A DNA stretch of 64,000 nucleotides from assembly GCA_017499595.2 (NCBI GenBank), contig CM039004.1, positions 868,001 through 932,000 on the forward strand, in the 5' to 3' direction. The position numbers were made by a program, and so were the translations under genes. Under the pieces are notes generated by a model that worked only from the letters and a program-made list of their open reading frames with translations, did no database searches and was not told the origin of the DNA. This DNA is from Psilocybe cubensis (taxonomy: Eukaryota). This document shows positions 51,080 to 64,000 of the stretch, piece after piece; positions within the stretch are counted from its first letter, which is position 1; each line of letters begins with the position of its first letter.

Positions 51080-54000
51080 AGAATCTGGACTGAAGGTGGA
51101 AAGGGGGAATGAGAGTAGGCAAGTAAGAGAGATGAAATACCTAGACGCGAAGTATTTGAGGATTTCGGTGCTACAGATCCATATAGTGAAGGACATAACA
51201 CCGAGCCGCTAACCAGTGGAGTAATTGTTCTTTTCCGATACAGTTGTAGCAGGAAACTCCATGAAGAAATGTCCCATAGGACATTGTGGTTTGACAGATG
51301 CTAAGCACATCGCCCGAAGACTAGAATGTGGAAATCTATCTGGCGCACCAGTTGAATCACAAGCTCATACTCTCTTAGGAACGATTTCGTAACTGTGAAC
51401 TGCCATGTACCTTGTGGATACGCAAAAAGATAATTTGTTTCTAAGCCTTTCCTTCATCGTCTGAATAACCCGCAAATGCTCACTTTTCTCATGACCGACC
51501 CTGAGTACATATCCATGCCCACCGGCAAGCTAAGTACACCACAGCAAATATATCATAACAAGCTGGTCGGGAGAAGCACATTCCCCTCCGACCCCCGTTA
51601 GACGTTCGGAGGTAAGATCTATCACGCTAAGATATTGTGTTGTCTGTCTATCTAATAGGCATGATCCTGGCCGCCTTTGCTTTCGCTTACTTGATAATAC
51701 TCCTTATATACACATTAAATGTCTGTATTTGCCTCTAATCCCAACGGGTCTCAGGGCGCTTGCAATTTTGCTGCGCGTATTGCTATCTATCTATTTATAG
51801 CTTCATCCTTTTGGAGGCTCATGTATTGACAAAGAATGCATCAGGAAAACTTAAATAGTTGCTGCAGAGGTTGAAGAACTCAGCCTTCATAAATTACATA
51901 TCGACTATAATTTTTCCCAGTTGTCATATCGTTGATAACCTGTGTAACGATATAGAACCTCAGACAGATAACGCTATGTACTGCCATTATGTAATTTGTC
52001 CCTGCAAACACTTGCCGCGGATCGAAATCCAAAATTGGGCGAAGGCTGTAAGCAGGGTGCGTAGAGGGTGCGATAATTGCACTACAAAGAGGGAGGTACA
52101 GATCTGTCCATGATCCAAAAGATAGGGAGTTTTGACCAGATGACCCTTCGGAATGGCCACGATCTCGCCCACATCTTCAAATGGATAGAAAGAGGAACCC
52201 ATTTTGTAGATCACTAATTCATGTTAAGCTGTTTAGTAATCAAGGAAAGGGACGCAAAATTGAGGATCCAGGGATTGGTTGGTAACGAAACGTCGGCCTT
52301 ACATTTGGTCCTGCAGGAACATCCAGGAAGCCATTGGTCTGGGTTGCTGTTTCCTGTCAATATCATCTTTGATGGAGTCCCACTGTTAGATAAAGTCTCA
52401 TTTTCCGTCAAGGCATAAAGCGACCTTGCTCATGTATACAACTTGAAATCACCTCCCTCTGATGACGGGGCTAGTTGGTTTTAGAATTTTACTAATATGG
52501 GCTAGCGTTGCAAAGTACATGTACAACACGTACCCGGTGGTGATACTGGTATAATTTGACTTCACCGGCGTACAATTTCGCTAGAGAGCCTGCTAGATAT
52601 GCATTAAGAGTAATATAGATCATGCTCACAAAACTATCGTGTATACCCCTATATTTTTGATATTGAGAACTCCAATGAACATGTACCCCGTACCAAAAAA
52701 AATGAAGTCGGAGAGCTCATCCTTGAATACAATGCAGAAATTGAATGTCCACAGAGCCAGGGAACGGGCTATTAAAAGAGAACGATTCAATCTCATAAAC
52801 AGGGTTTGAGTTCCGAACGTTCCGGAACCCAACGTACAACGGTGTATGCGAAATGTAGCGCTGCAGACGAAGTAGATTGATTTCCCGCATCGGCCATTAC
52901 ACCAATGTCATAACGGGAAACCCATCCGGCCATACTCAAAAACGTGTGCACCACTATCGCACAGTAGTACTTGCCATGTGACGGTCCGGTAATCAGTAAT
53001 TGTTGCTTGACAGAATCATACGCAGTCAGGTAGTGAATAGGATAATTAGGCCAGCCTAAATCAGCATTGCCCTCAGCCATTGAACGGATGATGCATCTAT
53101 CTTATCTGTCGTAGAAATTTTATCTGTTGTTTGGGAAATATAAAAGAACATACAAAACATTTTTTCTTCTCCTTATGCAACTCAGCGAGTTAGTCACTTG
53201 ATTACCTGTCATTTTCTAGTCACTGAGATACGGAACATACTTACACACGAGTGAGGTAAGTTTCGGTATGTGGATTAAAGAGCGGTAAGATTACTCACCG
53301 AAGCGATATCGACGTGCAAAAATCAGCCAGCAGTACTGCTCGGGTCCTATCTTATCGCCTCGAACTAGTCCCAGTTTTGCATCGGATAATGCAAGTATCT
53401 CCTTCGCAAAGAATGCCAGTCGAGGTGTCCGGCCAATCAACTGTTTCCCATGTTTGAATGTCGACCGTCAACCAGTGAGGCAAATAATGGAGCATATAAT
53501 GATATATGAATAAGAGGCACACGGCGAAGTGGGCAAAAGGTTCAGTCAGAGTTTCCTTTTTACAAGCCAGCCAGAAATATCTGACAACAGCAAGCGTGCG
53601 ACCTGGGGGATACGTCTAACTGTCAATGCGAAAGTGGCCGCCTTCGTTCATATCCGAGCTGGTTGCCAGCTCTCAGACCATCTAAATTAAGTGAGGTCAA
53701 GCGTCATACTGCAAGCTAGCTGCGAGTGCTGATATCATTGTAAATTCCAGCCCCTCCAGAGCAACCAGCGGAGCCAAGCTCGATCTGAGGAGCCTTAGAG
53801 CAGCGATAAATGAGTCGGAAGCCAAAGCGAGTGACGGTAACCTGGAGAGGAAAATATTTTGATGGCAGTGTACAAACACAGGACAGTGGAAGGCCAAACA
53901 ATGATGCTGACGTGATACAATGGGGCATGTGCTGAATAGAGCCCGGCCATATTCTGCAGGGTACACGAGTGACAACCATTCTCTTGAGCTTTGCCACTCG

Positions 54001-54140
54001 CCTCCTCCCCCGCCCCTCACTATTTCCTTCTTCCTAGCCCGTTAGACTTCAAAAGTCTTAACTTTAACGATTATTTACGACATATCGCCCATTAGCGGCC
54101 AGACTATCACAACCGTATAGGACGGACAACCCCACATTCT

Positions 54141-57066
54141 ATGGCTCAAGCTTTATTTGATGAAGGTCCACTGGAGGAATATCTACGAGGCACGTATACC
54201 ATAAATTCAAAACGCGTCGTCGCACTTACTTATCGATGCAATAGATGCGGGAGAATCACCTTTTACAATTCCTGGATCTTCATCCGAGTTAGAGCGTGAA
54301 TTGGATCCCAACTATTCAGATTTCGACGACGATACATCGGACGATACATCGTCCGATACTATACCAGATTGGCTGCCTCAGTATATAACTGAGTTTCTTG
54401 AGGTACGGGTTGCAGGAATGTCTTCGACGTCGACTAGTAAAATCACTAGAAAGACCGAGAGTGATGTTAATACCCCGCTCTTTCCAAGGGTGCTAATTAT
54501 TGTCGCTTTTTTCAGCTGCTTCAAGCCACCTTGAACTCAGCCCAGTTGCCCAAATCGTCAAATTCATTCGTTGAGAAATTCAAATACAACGTCATATCGT
54601 CTACTCTACTCGCGCCATCCCTTCCTGCATCTCATGGCCGGCGGTCTTCACGAAACTTCTCTATCCCAGGGAAGTTGCACCATAGTGCGACTCCGAGTGA
54701 GGACTTTGACCGCCCAATATCTCCTTCTCTCTCTCCCCCTCCTATTAATAGTCAAGATTTATCATATGGCCCTATCACTGTTGCAGTAGGCTTGTTTTCA
54801 ATTGCAATGAGTATTGGATACTCCTTTCTCGCCTTGATATTTGCCATGGTAGCATTGTTTTTATTGTACCACTTGACCCACACCGCCGAAACACCCAAAC
54901 ACGACATGACACTTGTGAGTTGTATTCATTGGAATCTGTTTCATTTTCTCACTCCAAAATCCAGTCTTTCAATTCCCTGGACGAACTTGTAGCAGCCAAT
55001 GATGTGTGGGAATCAGTAGTTCAAGATGCAGTCGCATTTCTAGAGAAGGAGGAGCGAACGTAAGCCGCATCGTCAACTTTCTATTGTGGACACCATCTTA
55101 TATTTTCACCAGATATATTCAAGGAATAAGCGGTCCATCTTCACCTTCTCCACTTCGCGTCGCCCTTCACTCCTGCCTGCAAACAACTCACTCCCAATGC
55201 GACAATATTCGCCAACTTTTTTCTGCTTTGACATCTCCCACGAACCTTTCACAAATTTCCGAAATGTATGCCCCACCTTCTCCCACTAAGTCGGCTTTTA
55301 ATCTCGACAACGCGCGCTCCTTTGTTTTCCCATCCCCCAATCGGCAGTCTATCTCATCGCGAGAGCCAACCACCCCGTACAATAAAAGATCAACATGGAA
55401 TGGTTCATACGCCAGTCTAGGTTACACCGCCAGCCCTACAAGCCTTGTTACCCGAAGGCGGGATAGGCACAAGTTAAACCTCTCCGATGTATTCCAGGCT
55501 GGCTCAAGTAGTGCTCCTTCCACTCCTCTTCCCCCAACACCTCCCAATAATCTGACCCAAGTTCCGGAGCATTCTCCCCTGGAAGGTCTCCCTTCGTCAA
55601 GTACATCCTATTTCTCGCCTTCTCCTTCCTCCAACTTTGGTTCTGCTGCATTAGATCTTCAGCGGAGACGAAGAAGTGGAGGAATTGAAGCATTTGGAGA
55701 ACCTCCTGCGGCCTATTTTCTGCCAGATGTCAAAAGTCCCCGCAGTACCCGAAGCAACATGTTCCCATCAACCATATCTTCATCATCAAAGTTCACTAAT
55801 CCTCAGAGTGCACGTCATCCCCTTTCCTACTCTGCTTTGACGTACACCCTTCAAGGGGCTCTTTCCGCGAAGCGATATACTTGTTCGCATTTGCTCGCCC
55901 TGCGGTTTGAAGATGATGAAGACGAAGGATATTGGGAAGATGTCAGAAGCGTCATCGGCCTTCTAACCAGCTCTCTTACGGATGGATATTCCAGACTCTC
56001 TGCCGCTCTTGAAGAAGTCGAACAAAGAAACCTTGCGGAGCAGAATCCAACGCCAGACACGAGCACGACGACGTTCAACCTCTCGGAACCCTCGGACATC
56101 AAATTTTCGCAGGCGGTTGACTTGAACGGCGAAATAAAACGACGAAAGCATCAGAGCAGAATATCATTCGCGCCGATGCCTAGCCACATATCGCGTTTTG
56201 CGACCCATGTCGCGGCGATCAGTGCCGCGCTCGACGATGCACGTGAAAATTTGGAGCAATGCGTAGATGCACTGAAAGCGGGGCCTGTGCCAGGACCATC
56301 AAAAAGTCCACGACACTCGCGGTCACCATCGGCGATGGCATCGTTACCGACAGACGAGGACCAAGACGCAGAGTCAAAAGATCCACCTGCTCTACAGGCA
56401 TACGAGCGACTACGGCGCGAGCTTGGGATGGCTTTACGGGAGTGCGAACGGGGGCGGGAACGTCTTCTGGAACTTGTTAATCCTGTCACCCAAAGCGACG
56501 ACGAAGATGAGGAAGAGTTTGATGATCTTCCTGGACTAGGACATGATGGGAGCGACGACTCGGATAAACCTGATGCAAACTCTCCATCTTCAGGGGATGA
56601 GGATGACTTGCAGACAAATGCAGCACGGTTTCAACACCCAACGGTTGTAGCAGCTGGCGAGGATCCTACAGAAGCGGATGATGCTACATCGCATCTACTG
56701 CTAGCAACATCAACTAAGCATCTACCTATGCCAGGCATCGAAGAGGTTTTTGAGGCTGATACGGGTGGCAAAGTTGGGTTCACTAGGGAAAGGACCAAAA
56801 TGTCGAGGGAGGAACGGATCAAGCTTGCAAAGGCGCGGAGAGAAAGTGGGATGGGACTCGCTATTGGCGGGGGCCAACACATAAATGGAGAGGAAGGAGG
56901 AGAGAAGATGACCAAGGAGTTGTGTGGTCATGGGAGTGAGGTCGTCCAGGAACTGAAGGATGTGATATGGAAGGTTGGAGAGAGGAAGCGGAAGTTGGCG
57001 GCCAATCCAGAAGCAACTTTGTCGCCACCTGCAGCCACGCCCATGGAAATCCTCGAGAGCCTGTAA
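54141..57066 (+). CDS. Vezatin-like (myosin-binding domain) membrane protein, multi-exon
   Basis: MAQALFDEGPLEEYLR start; FVEKFKYNVISSTLL and KRYTCSHLLALRF resemble conserved blocks of fungal vezatin-family proteins (from memory); twin hydrophobic segment; 686-codon last exon. Confidence 0.65.
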
Positions 57067-57689
57067 ATCCCTACCCTATCATGTCGACCCATTTTCCTTC
57101 TTTCGGTGTGAGGACCCCACTGAATCGTCAGCTTGGCGATTCCAGTCCTTCGAATTATCGTGGACACATTCTGGAACAGGAATATCGGCGCGTTTTTTCT
57201 GCAGGTTTTTATTAATTTTAACATTATACCTTTTATGCCACCATTCGTTTAAGCATACCCCCGCACATATTACTATTAGAACGCATTCTTGTCCGGTCGT
57301 TACTACAACTTGTCTTAATACTGCCATGTTATACCTTTACATTTTAGCTTTACCCACACACATCACACTTGTTACACCTGTCTCTTATTCTTATTATCAG
57401 ATACCACAGAATAGGTTTGTTCTGTGCATTCGGCTACCTGGTGTGCATTGTGATGACGTCGTAATCTTGTGAAACATCCGCTTCGTCGACCAAACATTTA
57501 AAGGTCAACTTCGTCTAATATTTATTTTCTCAACCAATGCACATCAGCTTGAATTTTTTCCTTACCGTCTGACTGAAAACTGTAAAATTCTGTCCACTGC
57601 AAATTGGAGGTGAATATTATGCTGGTTTACCTCACAAGTTCGCTCTGACAAGTTAATTAGTTACATCACACACCATTTGATTTCGAGCA

Positions 57690-58115
57690 ATGGGCGTCGG
57701 CCTTAGCATTCTCATTGGAGTGGGGATTTACGAAGCCATTCAGCATCGACATGAAATAAAGCAGCGTTGCACTAGACATCCACACGATAACAGTGCACAC
57801 CAATTCGATCAAAATCCGCAAAGAGACGAATTTGGGGTCACAAGTGAAAAGAACAAGGACTTTCCTGATATCAAACCATTGGCTCGCAATGTAAAGCAGA
57901 CAAAAAAACGGAAGTCCTTAATCCCTCGTTTTCGCAGTAAACCAGGAAAAGGTACGGCATCTGAAGCTGTCGTCAATCCCGTCGTACAAATCGACCGAGG
58001 AAGTACCACTGAGTCAAGGCGCTGCGAGGATCATTATGCAGATGAAGAGCTCCCCCTTGCCCCTCCACCTCCCTATGCATCCCTTTTGACAGAAGAAGTG
58101 TTTCCGGGTAGCTAA
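57690..58115 (+). CDS. Small hypothetical protein (141 aa) with N-terminal hydrophobic segment and C-terminal PPPY
   Basis: Single ORF MGVGLSILIGVGIYEAI...LAPPPPYASLL. Confidence 0.6.
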   Translation: MGVGLSILIGVGIYEAIQHRHEIKQRCTRHPHDNSAHQFDQNPQRDEFGVTSEKNKDFPDIKPLARNVKQTKKRKSLIPRFRSKPGKGTASEAVVNPVVQIDRGSTTESRRCEDHYADEELPLAPPPPYASLLTEEVFPGS

Positions 58116-58343
58116 AGACAGGAATTACGTTCTTCGCTAACGCTTTGCTCTACCTCGGTGTTCAAACTTTGCGGCTTAATTATGGGTTCCGGTAGGTTTA
58201 CTCCAACGCAATCTGCGTCGTAATTGAAATTTTCGCTAGAGCCTGGATAGGTTTATTACTGTTATTCTAAGGTCTGCTAGCAAGTAAAATGTATGAGGTT
58301 GTGTTCGAGTGGCAGGTTTTCCATCATCATTGTCGTGTCGGAT

Positions 58344-58939
58344 TAAGATTGGGCTCATCAGGAACCAGCACCCCCTTAGGTAAGCAAAAGTTGGCTTACC
58401 TCCGAACCTTTTCAACCCTTCTGCACTCACACTATTCTACATTTTTGAACCACAGATATGTAGGTTATGCTTCTTTGAACACATCTGTGGTTTTTTTTTT
58501 CAAAAAAATTTTGATCTCAAGAAGTTATAAAGATTTTAATTTTTTTCCTTTTTTTTTAGTCTAACACGTCAGAAATGGTGTTTTCTCGAGTTTGGGAGAT
58601 TTTCGAAAATTTGACAATGTTCTTTTGGCCGCTTATATAATGGTACACGTGACCACACGTGACAATAAGTCACGCCTAAGTAATACCTCTCAGACTCATT
58701 ATGGACTTCCAGAGACTACAATTTGACCTCTGAGGTGTAATTCTATTATTGTGGGCATAAAGGCTAGTAGTAAGGATTGTATATGCACATTTATGAATTT
58801 TTTTTTTTTAAACTTTTTGTCTGAAACCATTTTCCGTCAACATAACTTTTGATTTTTTTTTCGAGCTGGATTTTGGCCGCTCTTGGCGCCAAGCCCATTG
58901 ATTACGTAAGGGTGCTGGTTTCTGATGAGCCCAATCTTA
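58344..58939. mobile_element. Non-autonomous TIR element (MITE), ~590 bp, TA at both ends
   Basis: Left TAAGATTGGGCTCATCAGGAACCAGCACCCCCTTAGGTAAGCAA; right-end reverse complement TAAGATTGGGCTCATCAGAAACCAGCACCCTTACGTAATCAA; AT-rich non-coding interior. Confidence 0.8.
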
Positions 58940-60870
58940 GTCATTTATGAAAATATTTGCACGTGACCGTTCACCCTCACTGTTGCCTTGCTGTTGCCTT
59001 GATGCTAACTTGATACTCTTCTTTCTTTCCCCCAATCGCGTTTTTCTGTACTCAGAAACCCGACCATTTAGCTATTTACCAGGTGTTTCGAGGACATTGA
59101 AGGGTGTTGAAGTATGGAATGAAGAATCTCCTACCGTCAAACTTCAATGGTGAATCCAGGTATTCTTTTCCTTCAGCTTGATCTTTCTTCGAATGTGAAT
59201 ACAGACCATGCTTCAGACTATAATCACTTCAAACGACTATATATCATGTCTTGCTTTTATGCTCCTTGTTCCCTTGACAGTCACTGTAAGTAAATGTGGG
59301 CGCGAACTTCATTTAATCTGATACGGAATCATTGCAGGTCCGTGACGAATGCGCGCTGAAGCCTTGAAGACTCAATGATGTTATTGTCGCCAATAAGAAT
59401 AGGATTCGCTCATTCCTAAGACGTTGTCGAGGACTACAAGTGAATCAGCCAACCATACGATGCACGAAAGAAACGGCGTTCGAGTCGCAGCCATCATTCT
59501 ACGTTTTCCTCATATAGACATCATTTCTTCTACAATTCCCATACAACTGGTGAGGAAGAAATGACCGAATGGCATCTACCCTTATCCGAAGTCATTAAAC
59601 GACAGCCTGCGAGTTCGCTCAATTTGATTAGCCTGCCACTTTTGCAGTTAGCCAACCTCAACTACTTCTCATTGAGTTTCCTCAATCACTGTAAGTTTTC
59701 CTAATGAATCTTTTTTGGACCTCTATTCACTCTTGGTTGATTCCAGTTAGAGCTGAGAGTAACAGAAACATCATGTTATGTTGCTTTCTCTTTGATTACG
59801 AGATCTGCATGGAGGATTGCTGTCTTGTTTTCAAAACGCCTTCAGACGAAGACCTTGGCACTTAGAGGGCAATTTGATTGGTGACATACGTACTTTACAT
59901 TCTTGTCGAATGCCGTTTCCCAAGGACTGCATCTAAACCAAGGTCCAATCGCTGGTTCGGACATCAGAGGCTTCGACAAACGGTGTTTCATCATACTAAA
60001 CTCATAACAATTGCTTAATTTCTGTCCCAAGAAGGCTCTTTATCCCTGACTATGTTACGGATGAGCTGCTTAATTCATGGATCTCACTACTGTTTGTATC
60101 ACCTTCGGAGAAATAGGACATCGGTGGCAGTAAAAAGTGCATGTCAATGACAGTCGGCGGCATTAAATTGTCGAAGAGTTGACTTCAACCGAATAGGTGC
60201 AACAAAAATACGCGGCAAACAGAACAAATGACCAGTGCCTCAGCATCTTGTTGTCGAGAGAGGGTTGAAGTGATTACAGGTTGGTCAGTCTTCTGGTCAA
60301 AATGGGTTTCATCAGGAGCAACATAACTGGGAGTCGTTTAAATAATACGGTTCACCATCAGCACTCAGCCCTGGCCTGTTCTCGGAGGAATGAAATCAAA
60401 CTTTCGATAACCGTATGGATGCATTGCTTGGTTTCGCGGCTCCGACTGTGGAGTGCGAGGAGTGTACGTTAAAACACTGCTCTAAATAAGTTTCTTTCCA
60501 ACTTACTTAGGTAATGCCCAGGTAAGTTTTGACATGTTCAGAAACTGCGCTCCTTTATATTTGTGGTGGCGCAATCGGATGGAGCAACTAAGTGCCAGTT
60601 CATTGACAGCTTATAAATAGCGACGGTTGAAGGATTCTTGGCTTTACATATCTTCAAATGATTGACCAGAGAAAAATAGTCCCCACTTTCCCCGCTTTCT
60701 TTCTAACCACTGCATATTTCTCTCTGAAAGTCCTCTCCGCTTTTGCCTGCGCTAGGCCTTTATTGCAAATCCAATGCCTTGTTGATTTGCTGGCCTGCAT
60801 CCATAAGAAATCGGTCTAGTCATCATCCAGCCTGATATCGTCGGCGCCAACGGTTCTGTGGTGGGAAGCC

Positions 60871-62438
60871 ATGTCGTATGACCTCACAAAATATGGCTTG
60901 CAGGATCTTTATTCCTCAAAACGGGACATTAATGAGGCACGATATGCCATAGCGGCTATGTTCACTTTACAGATCTGCGAGTGGATAGCAGGGTGTGTCC
61001 TATCTCGGTCGAGAAAACGTACTTTACTAATAATTAATATCGCTATTAGAATACAGGACGAATTCAGACTGGCAAGTTCAGAATATATGTCAATGCCCGT
61101 TCAGGTACTAAATCATTGATTGGTTTCAGATTCACAAAGCATCTTGGACCAGCATGAAAACATTGTATCTCCTGTGTCGATACTATCCGTTATTCTTATG
61201 GGTTTTGCTGATGTGGGCATATGTCGGAGACCATGACTCGGAAACGTGCATTCGTATCACAGCAGCAGTTCACGGGTGTTTGACTCCATGCGTACGTAGC
61301 CTCAAATATATGACATGACTATTGATGTTCATCGTTCCCAATGGCTGTAGCAATGTTTCTCACAAGGTACCTAATTTTATAGAAAACCCCTTGCCCAATC
61401 ATCGTTAAGACTTCTGATGAACTTTAAAAAAAGCTGTGATGATGATGCGCGCATATGCGTTCTCGGGTAGAAATAAATGGATACTGGCCATGTTGGGGAC
61501 GTGCTACTTCGGTCTTGTCGGTATTGATATTTGGGTTTTCTGCACAAATGTTGTGATCCCGCCACCGATATTCTACACGGTCCTCCACGGTACAGGCTGT
61601 TTTCCGAATTATGGCTCAGACGTTATGGCTTTCCGATTGGGTGTCAGTGCATTTAAACTTGAATTTTTTGCTTCGCCAGCTGACGATTTATTAATAAAGT
61701 ATTCGATGGTACGACATCGATCGCTTTCTGTCAGGGAGAAATATAACCTTACATGGCTTATAGATTGCTGCCATTTCGATGGACTTAGTCTCGCTGATTG
61801 TTGTACTTGTGGTAAGTCTTTGTTCAAACAAGAAGCAACTCCACTTTCTGATATGCCTTGAAGCATTGCATAAGATCCAGATGGGAAAGAGATGTCTCCC
61901 TTGCTCGTTACTTCGTAAGCCAAGGTGAGTGATATTTCCTGACACGCACTCAAACCGTTGCGCTCAAGCGGTTGATTCTGATCCCAACTTCACAGGACTG
62001 ACTGCATTCGGATCCGTAATGATCGTGAATATCGCGACTGCTATCACATATTTTCGGTCCGTCCCAACACAGTCAAGCAGAAGTCTATGCTGACACGCCT
62101 TCACAACTAGACCTCCTCGCTATCACGACGGTGTAGGTTTACCGCTCATTTTGGCCCTGTCAAATCTTGTTGTAAGTATAGCAGCTTAAGTTTTCGTATG
62201 CTTGAACATTAACATGTTCTCTTTCTGAAGGCATGTAGACTGTGAGTAATCGCACCTATATCCAGGTCATCTTGTCGCCTAATTTATTCTGATTGATAGT
62301 ATTCTGCAACTTCGGGCGCAAGTCAATCCTTCGGATACAGAGATTTCTCGGAGACATTCTCAATTGGTCAGAAATGCTCTTGGTGTGTCGAAGTCAGATT
62401 CATGGACAATACGACCGCAAAATATTACCACTGTATGA
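60871..62438 (+). CDS. Multi-pass membrane protein of the agaricomycete DUF6533-like family, many micro-exons
   Basis: Spliced model ...LQICEWIAG/IQDEFRL/IHKASWTSMKTLYLLCRYYPL...MMMRAYAFSGRNKWIL...ALSNLV/ACRL/ILQLR; several hydrophobic helices. Confidence 0.75.
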
Positions 62439-63224
62439 GTATAGACTCTACTAGTAGTACTATACAACCACCCTCGTTTCAACATTCATTGTACAATAGA
62501 AAACTTCACATGCATACATCCTGCCGCATATACCACAACATCTCAAGCCTTCAAGTAAAACTATGTGGGCTTTACACACTACCGCTTTTTCTTGAGATAA
62601 CGAATGGACACGCCTGCCCATTGCCTTCTTTGGCCGATTATGCCCGTCAATTTGCATACCCGGCTATTTCCGGTAGTTCCTCAACAGTCCTCAACAAACC
62701 TCGAAGCTCACTTGACTGGTACCGTCAATGACCACAACATCATTGCTATTACGCTATCCCTCAAGCTACCCATGCTATCTTTACCTTCTCTTATAATAGC
62801 CTGGGATTCTATGGGAGCACCCAGTCGCTACTACTGACCAGTGACATGCCGAGAGGCTGCGTACGCAATCAACGAACGAACTCATCGAGTTGTACAAGAT
62901 GCCGGTAGGACTGTGATGACTGAAAGATTCGGCGCTACTGCATTTGTGCATCCATGGTAACTGAAGATTTTCAAAGACATGATCATCAAGTACAATGGAT
63001 TCCGGAAGAGAAAGCAGCACATCCGTTGGACACTTAGTCGGATTGTTTCGGCTCAAATATGCCGTGTTAGAACAGTCACTGGCTATACGCGTTGATCATC
63101 GGCATTGGGTACGCTGATTTATACCTGCATAGTCCCTGGCCTAGTATAAGAGGCCATAGCTTGAAAGGCGACAGCAACCACTTCTCTTGATATCCTATCG
63201 TAGTCGTACTCAAGCACTGTACCG

Positions 63225-64000
63225 ATGATGGCTTCAGACCCCGTTCTTATTGTATGCTTTGCTCTACATTGACACAAATGTTAACAAGGCTAATCTTATC
63301 TTAGATTGGCGCCGGTCCTTCTGGTCTTGTCTTGGCCTTGACCTTGGGTAAAAACGGAATCCCTGTTCGCATTATGGAGAAGGAGCCATCCCCCCGACGT
63401 GCGGAGCGCGGACCGGGATTACAGGTCGGAGAATATTAAGAATAACATTATTTTTCAATTCACGCTGACATTCCTTTACAGCCTCGCTCCCTCGAGCTGC
63501 ACAAAATCTTAGGCACCTTGCCCGACATTTTGAATGCCGGAACTGATTTGCCTATGATGACGGTGTACGACCCAGCCGATGGAACTAAGGTTATAAAGAC
63601 AACGATTTTAGTACCCCAAACAGAGGCTACTCCGCAGCTTCCATTGGTAAATTTCTGGCGCGCGCACAGCGAATTAGATATCCATAAGCTAATTACAATC
63701 TCACAGATCAACCCGGTCATGCTAGGCCAGCATTATCAAGAGCGCATTCTACGCGATCACTTGGCCAAAATTGGAGTGACTGTTGAATTCGGCTCGGAAT
63801 TGCGCACATTTACGCAGACTGAAGATCACGTCCTAGCGCAAATTGTCCGTGTTGTTGATGGAAAGGACGTAATTGAAGAAGTGAAGGCAGTGTGGATGGT
63901 CGGTACCGATGGGGCTCATAGCGTTGTTCGCAAGACGCTCGGCCTTGAGTTTCTCGGAGAGACTCGTTACTCAGAAGAAATAATCGTTGGTGACCTCAAA
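63225..64000 (+). CDS. FAD-dependent aromatic monooxygenase (PheA/TfdB-like), 5' partial
   Basis: VLI/IGAGPSGLVLALTL; RGPGLQ/PRSLE; MLGQHYQERILR; VGTDGAHSVVRK. Confidence 0.92.

Noticed and set aside
10977-58115. DUB, ARP2, vezatin-like and PPxY proteins as an endocytosis gene cluster
   Set aside because: Genes are scattered among unrelated ones; chance co-location is sufficient.
59000-60800. Possible small spliced gene or pheromone precursor
   Set aside because: Splice-like signals exist but give only very short frames with no CAAX end or recognisable motif.
49161-64000. P450 plus FAD monooxygenase as a secondary-metabolite cluster
   Set aside because: They are ~12 kb apart, separated by unrelated genes, and there is no backbone enzyme (PKS/NRPS/terpene synthase) in the window.

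Overview
Intron-rich eukaryotic DNA with short GT-AG introns and many micro-exons. Gene content points to an agaricomycete (mushroom-forming basidiomycete); this is inferred, not database-checked. Gene order: 5' end of an unknown gene (-); membrane-spanning hybrid histidine kinase (-); SNT2-like BAH/PHD/SANT chromatin protein (+); Doa4/Ubp4-like rhodanese+USP deubiquitinase (-); a three-gene NACHT (NLR-like) cluster at 16.7-23.4 kb (two frameshifted tandem copies on +, one intact copy on -); a small secreted His9/Kex2-site protein; a single-pass PPxY membrane protein; a Flo8/Som1-type LisH regulator with unusually long low-complexity introns; a triple START-domain protein; pyridoxal kinase; ARP2; a cytochrome P450; a vezatin-like protein; a small PPxY protein; a ~590 bp MITE; a DUF6533-type membrane protein; and the 5' part of an FAD monooxygenase. 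Most notable: (i) the NLRs start with a short amyloid-signalling-like motif, and in place of WD/ANK/TPR repeats they end in a degenerate duplicate of their own post-NACHT module; (ii) a non-canonical AT-AC intron is needed to build the phospho-His box of the kinase; (iii) the orphan secreted His-rich precursor lies next to the NLR cluster. All gene models were spliced by eye.
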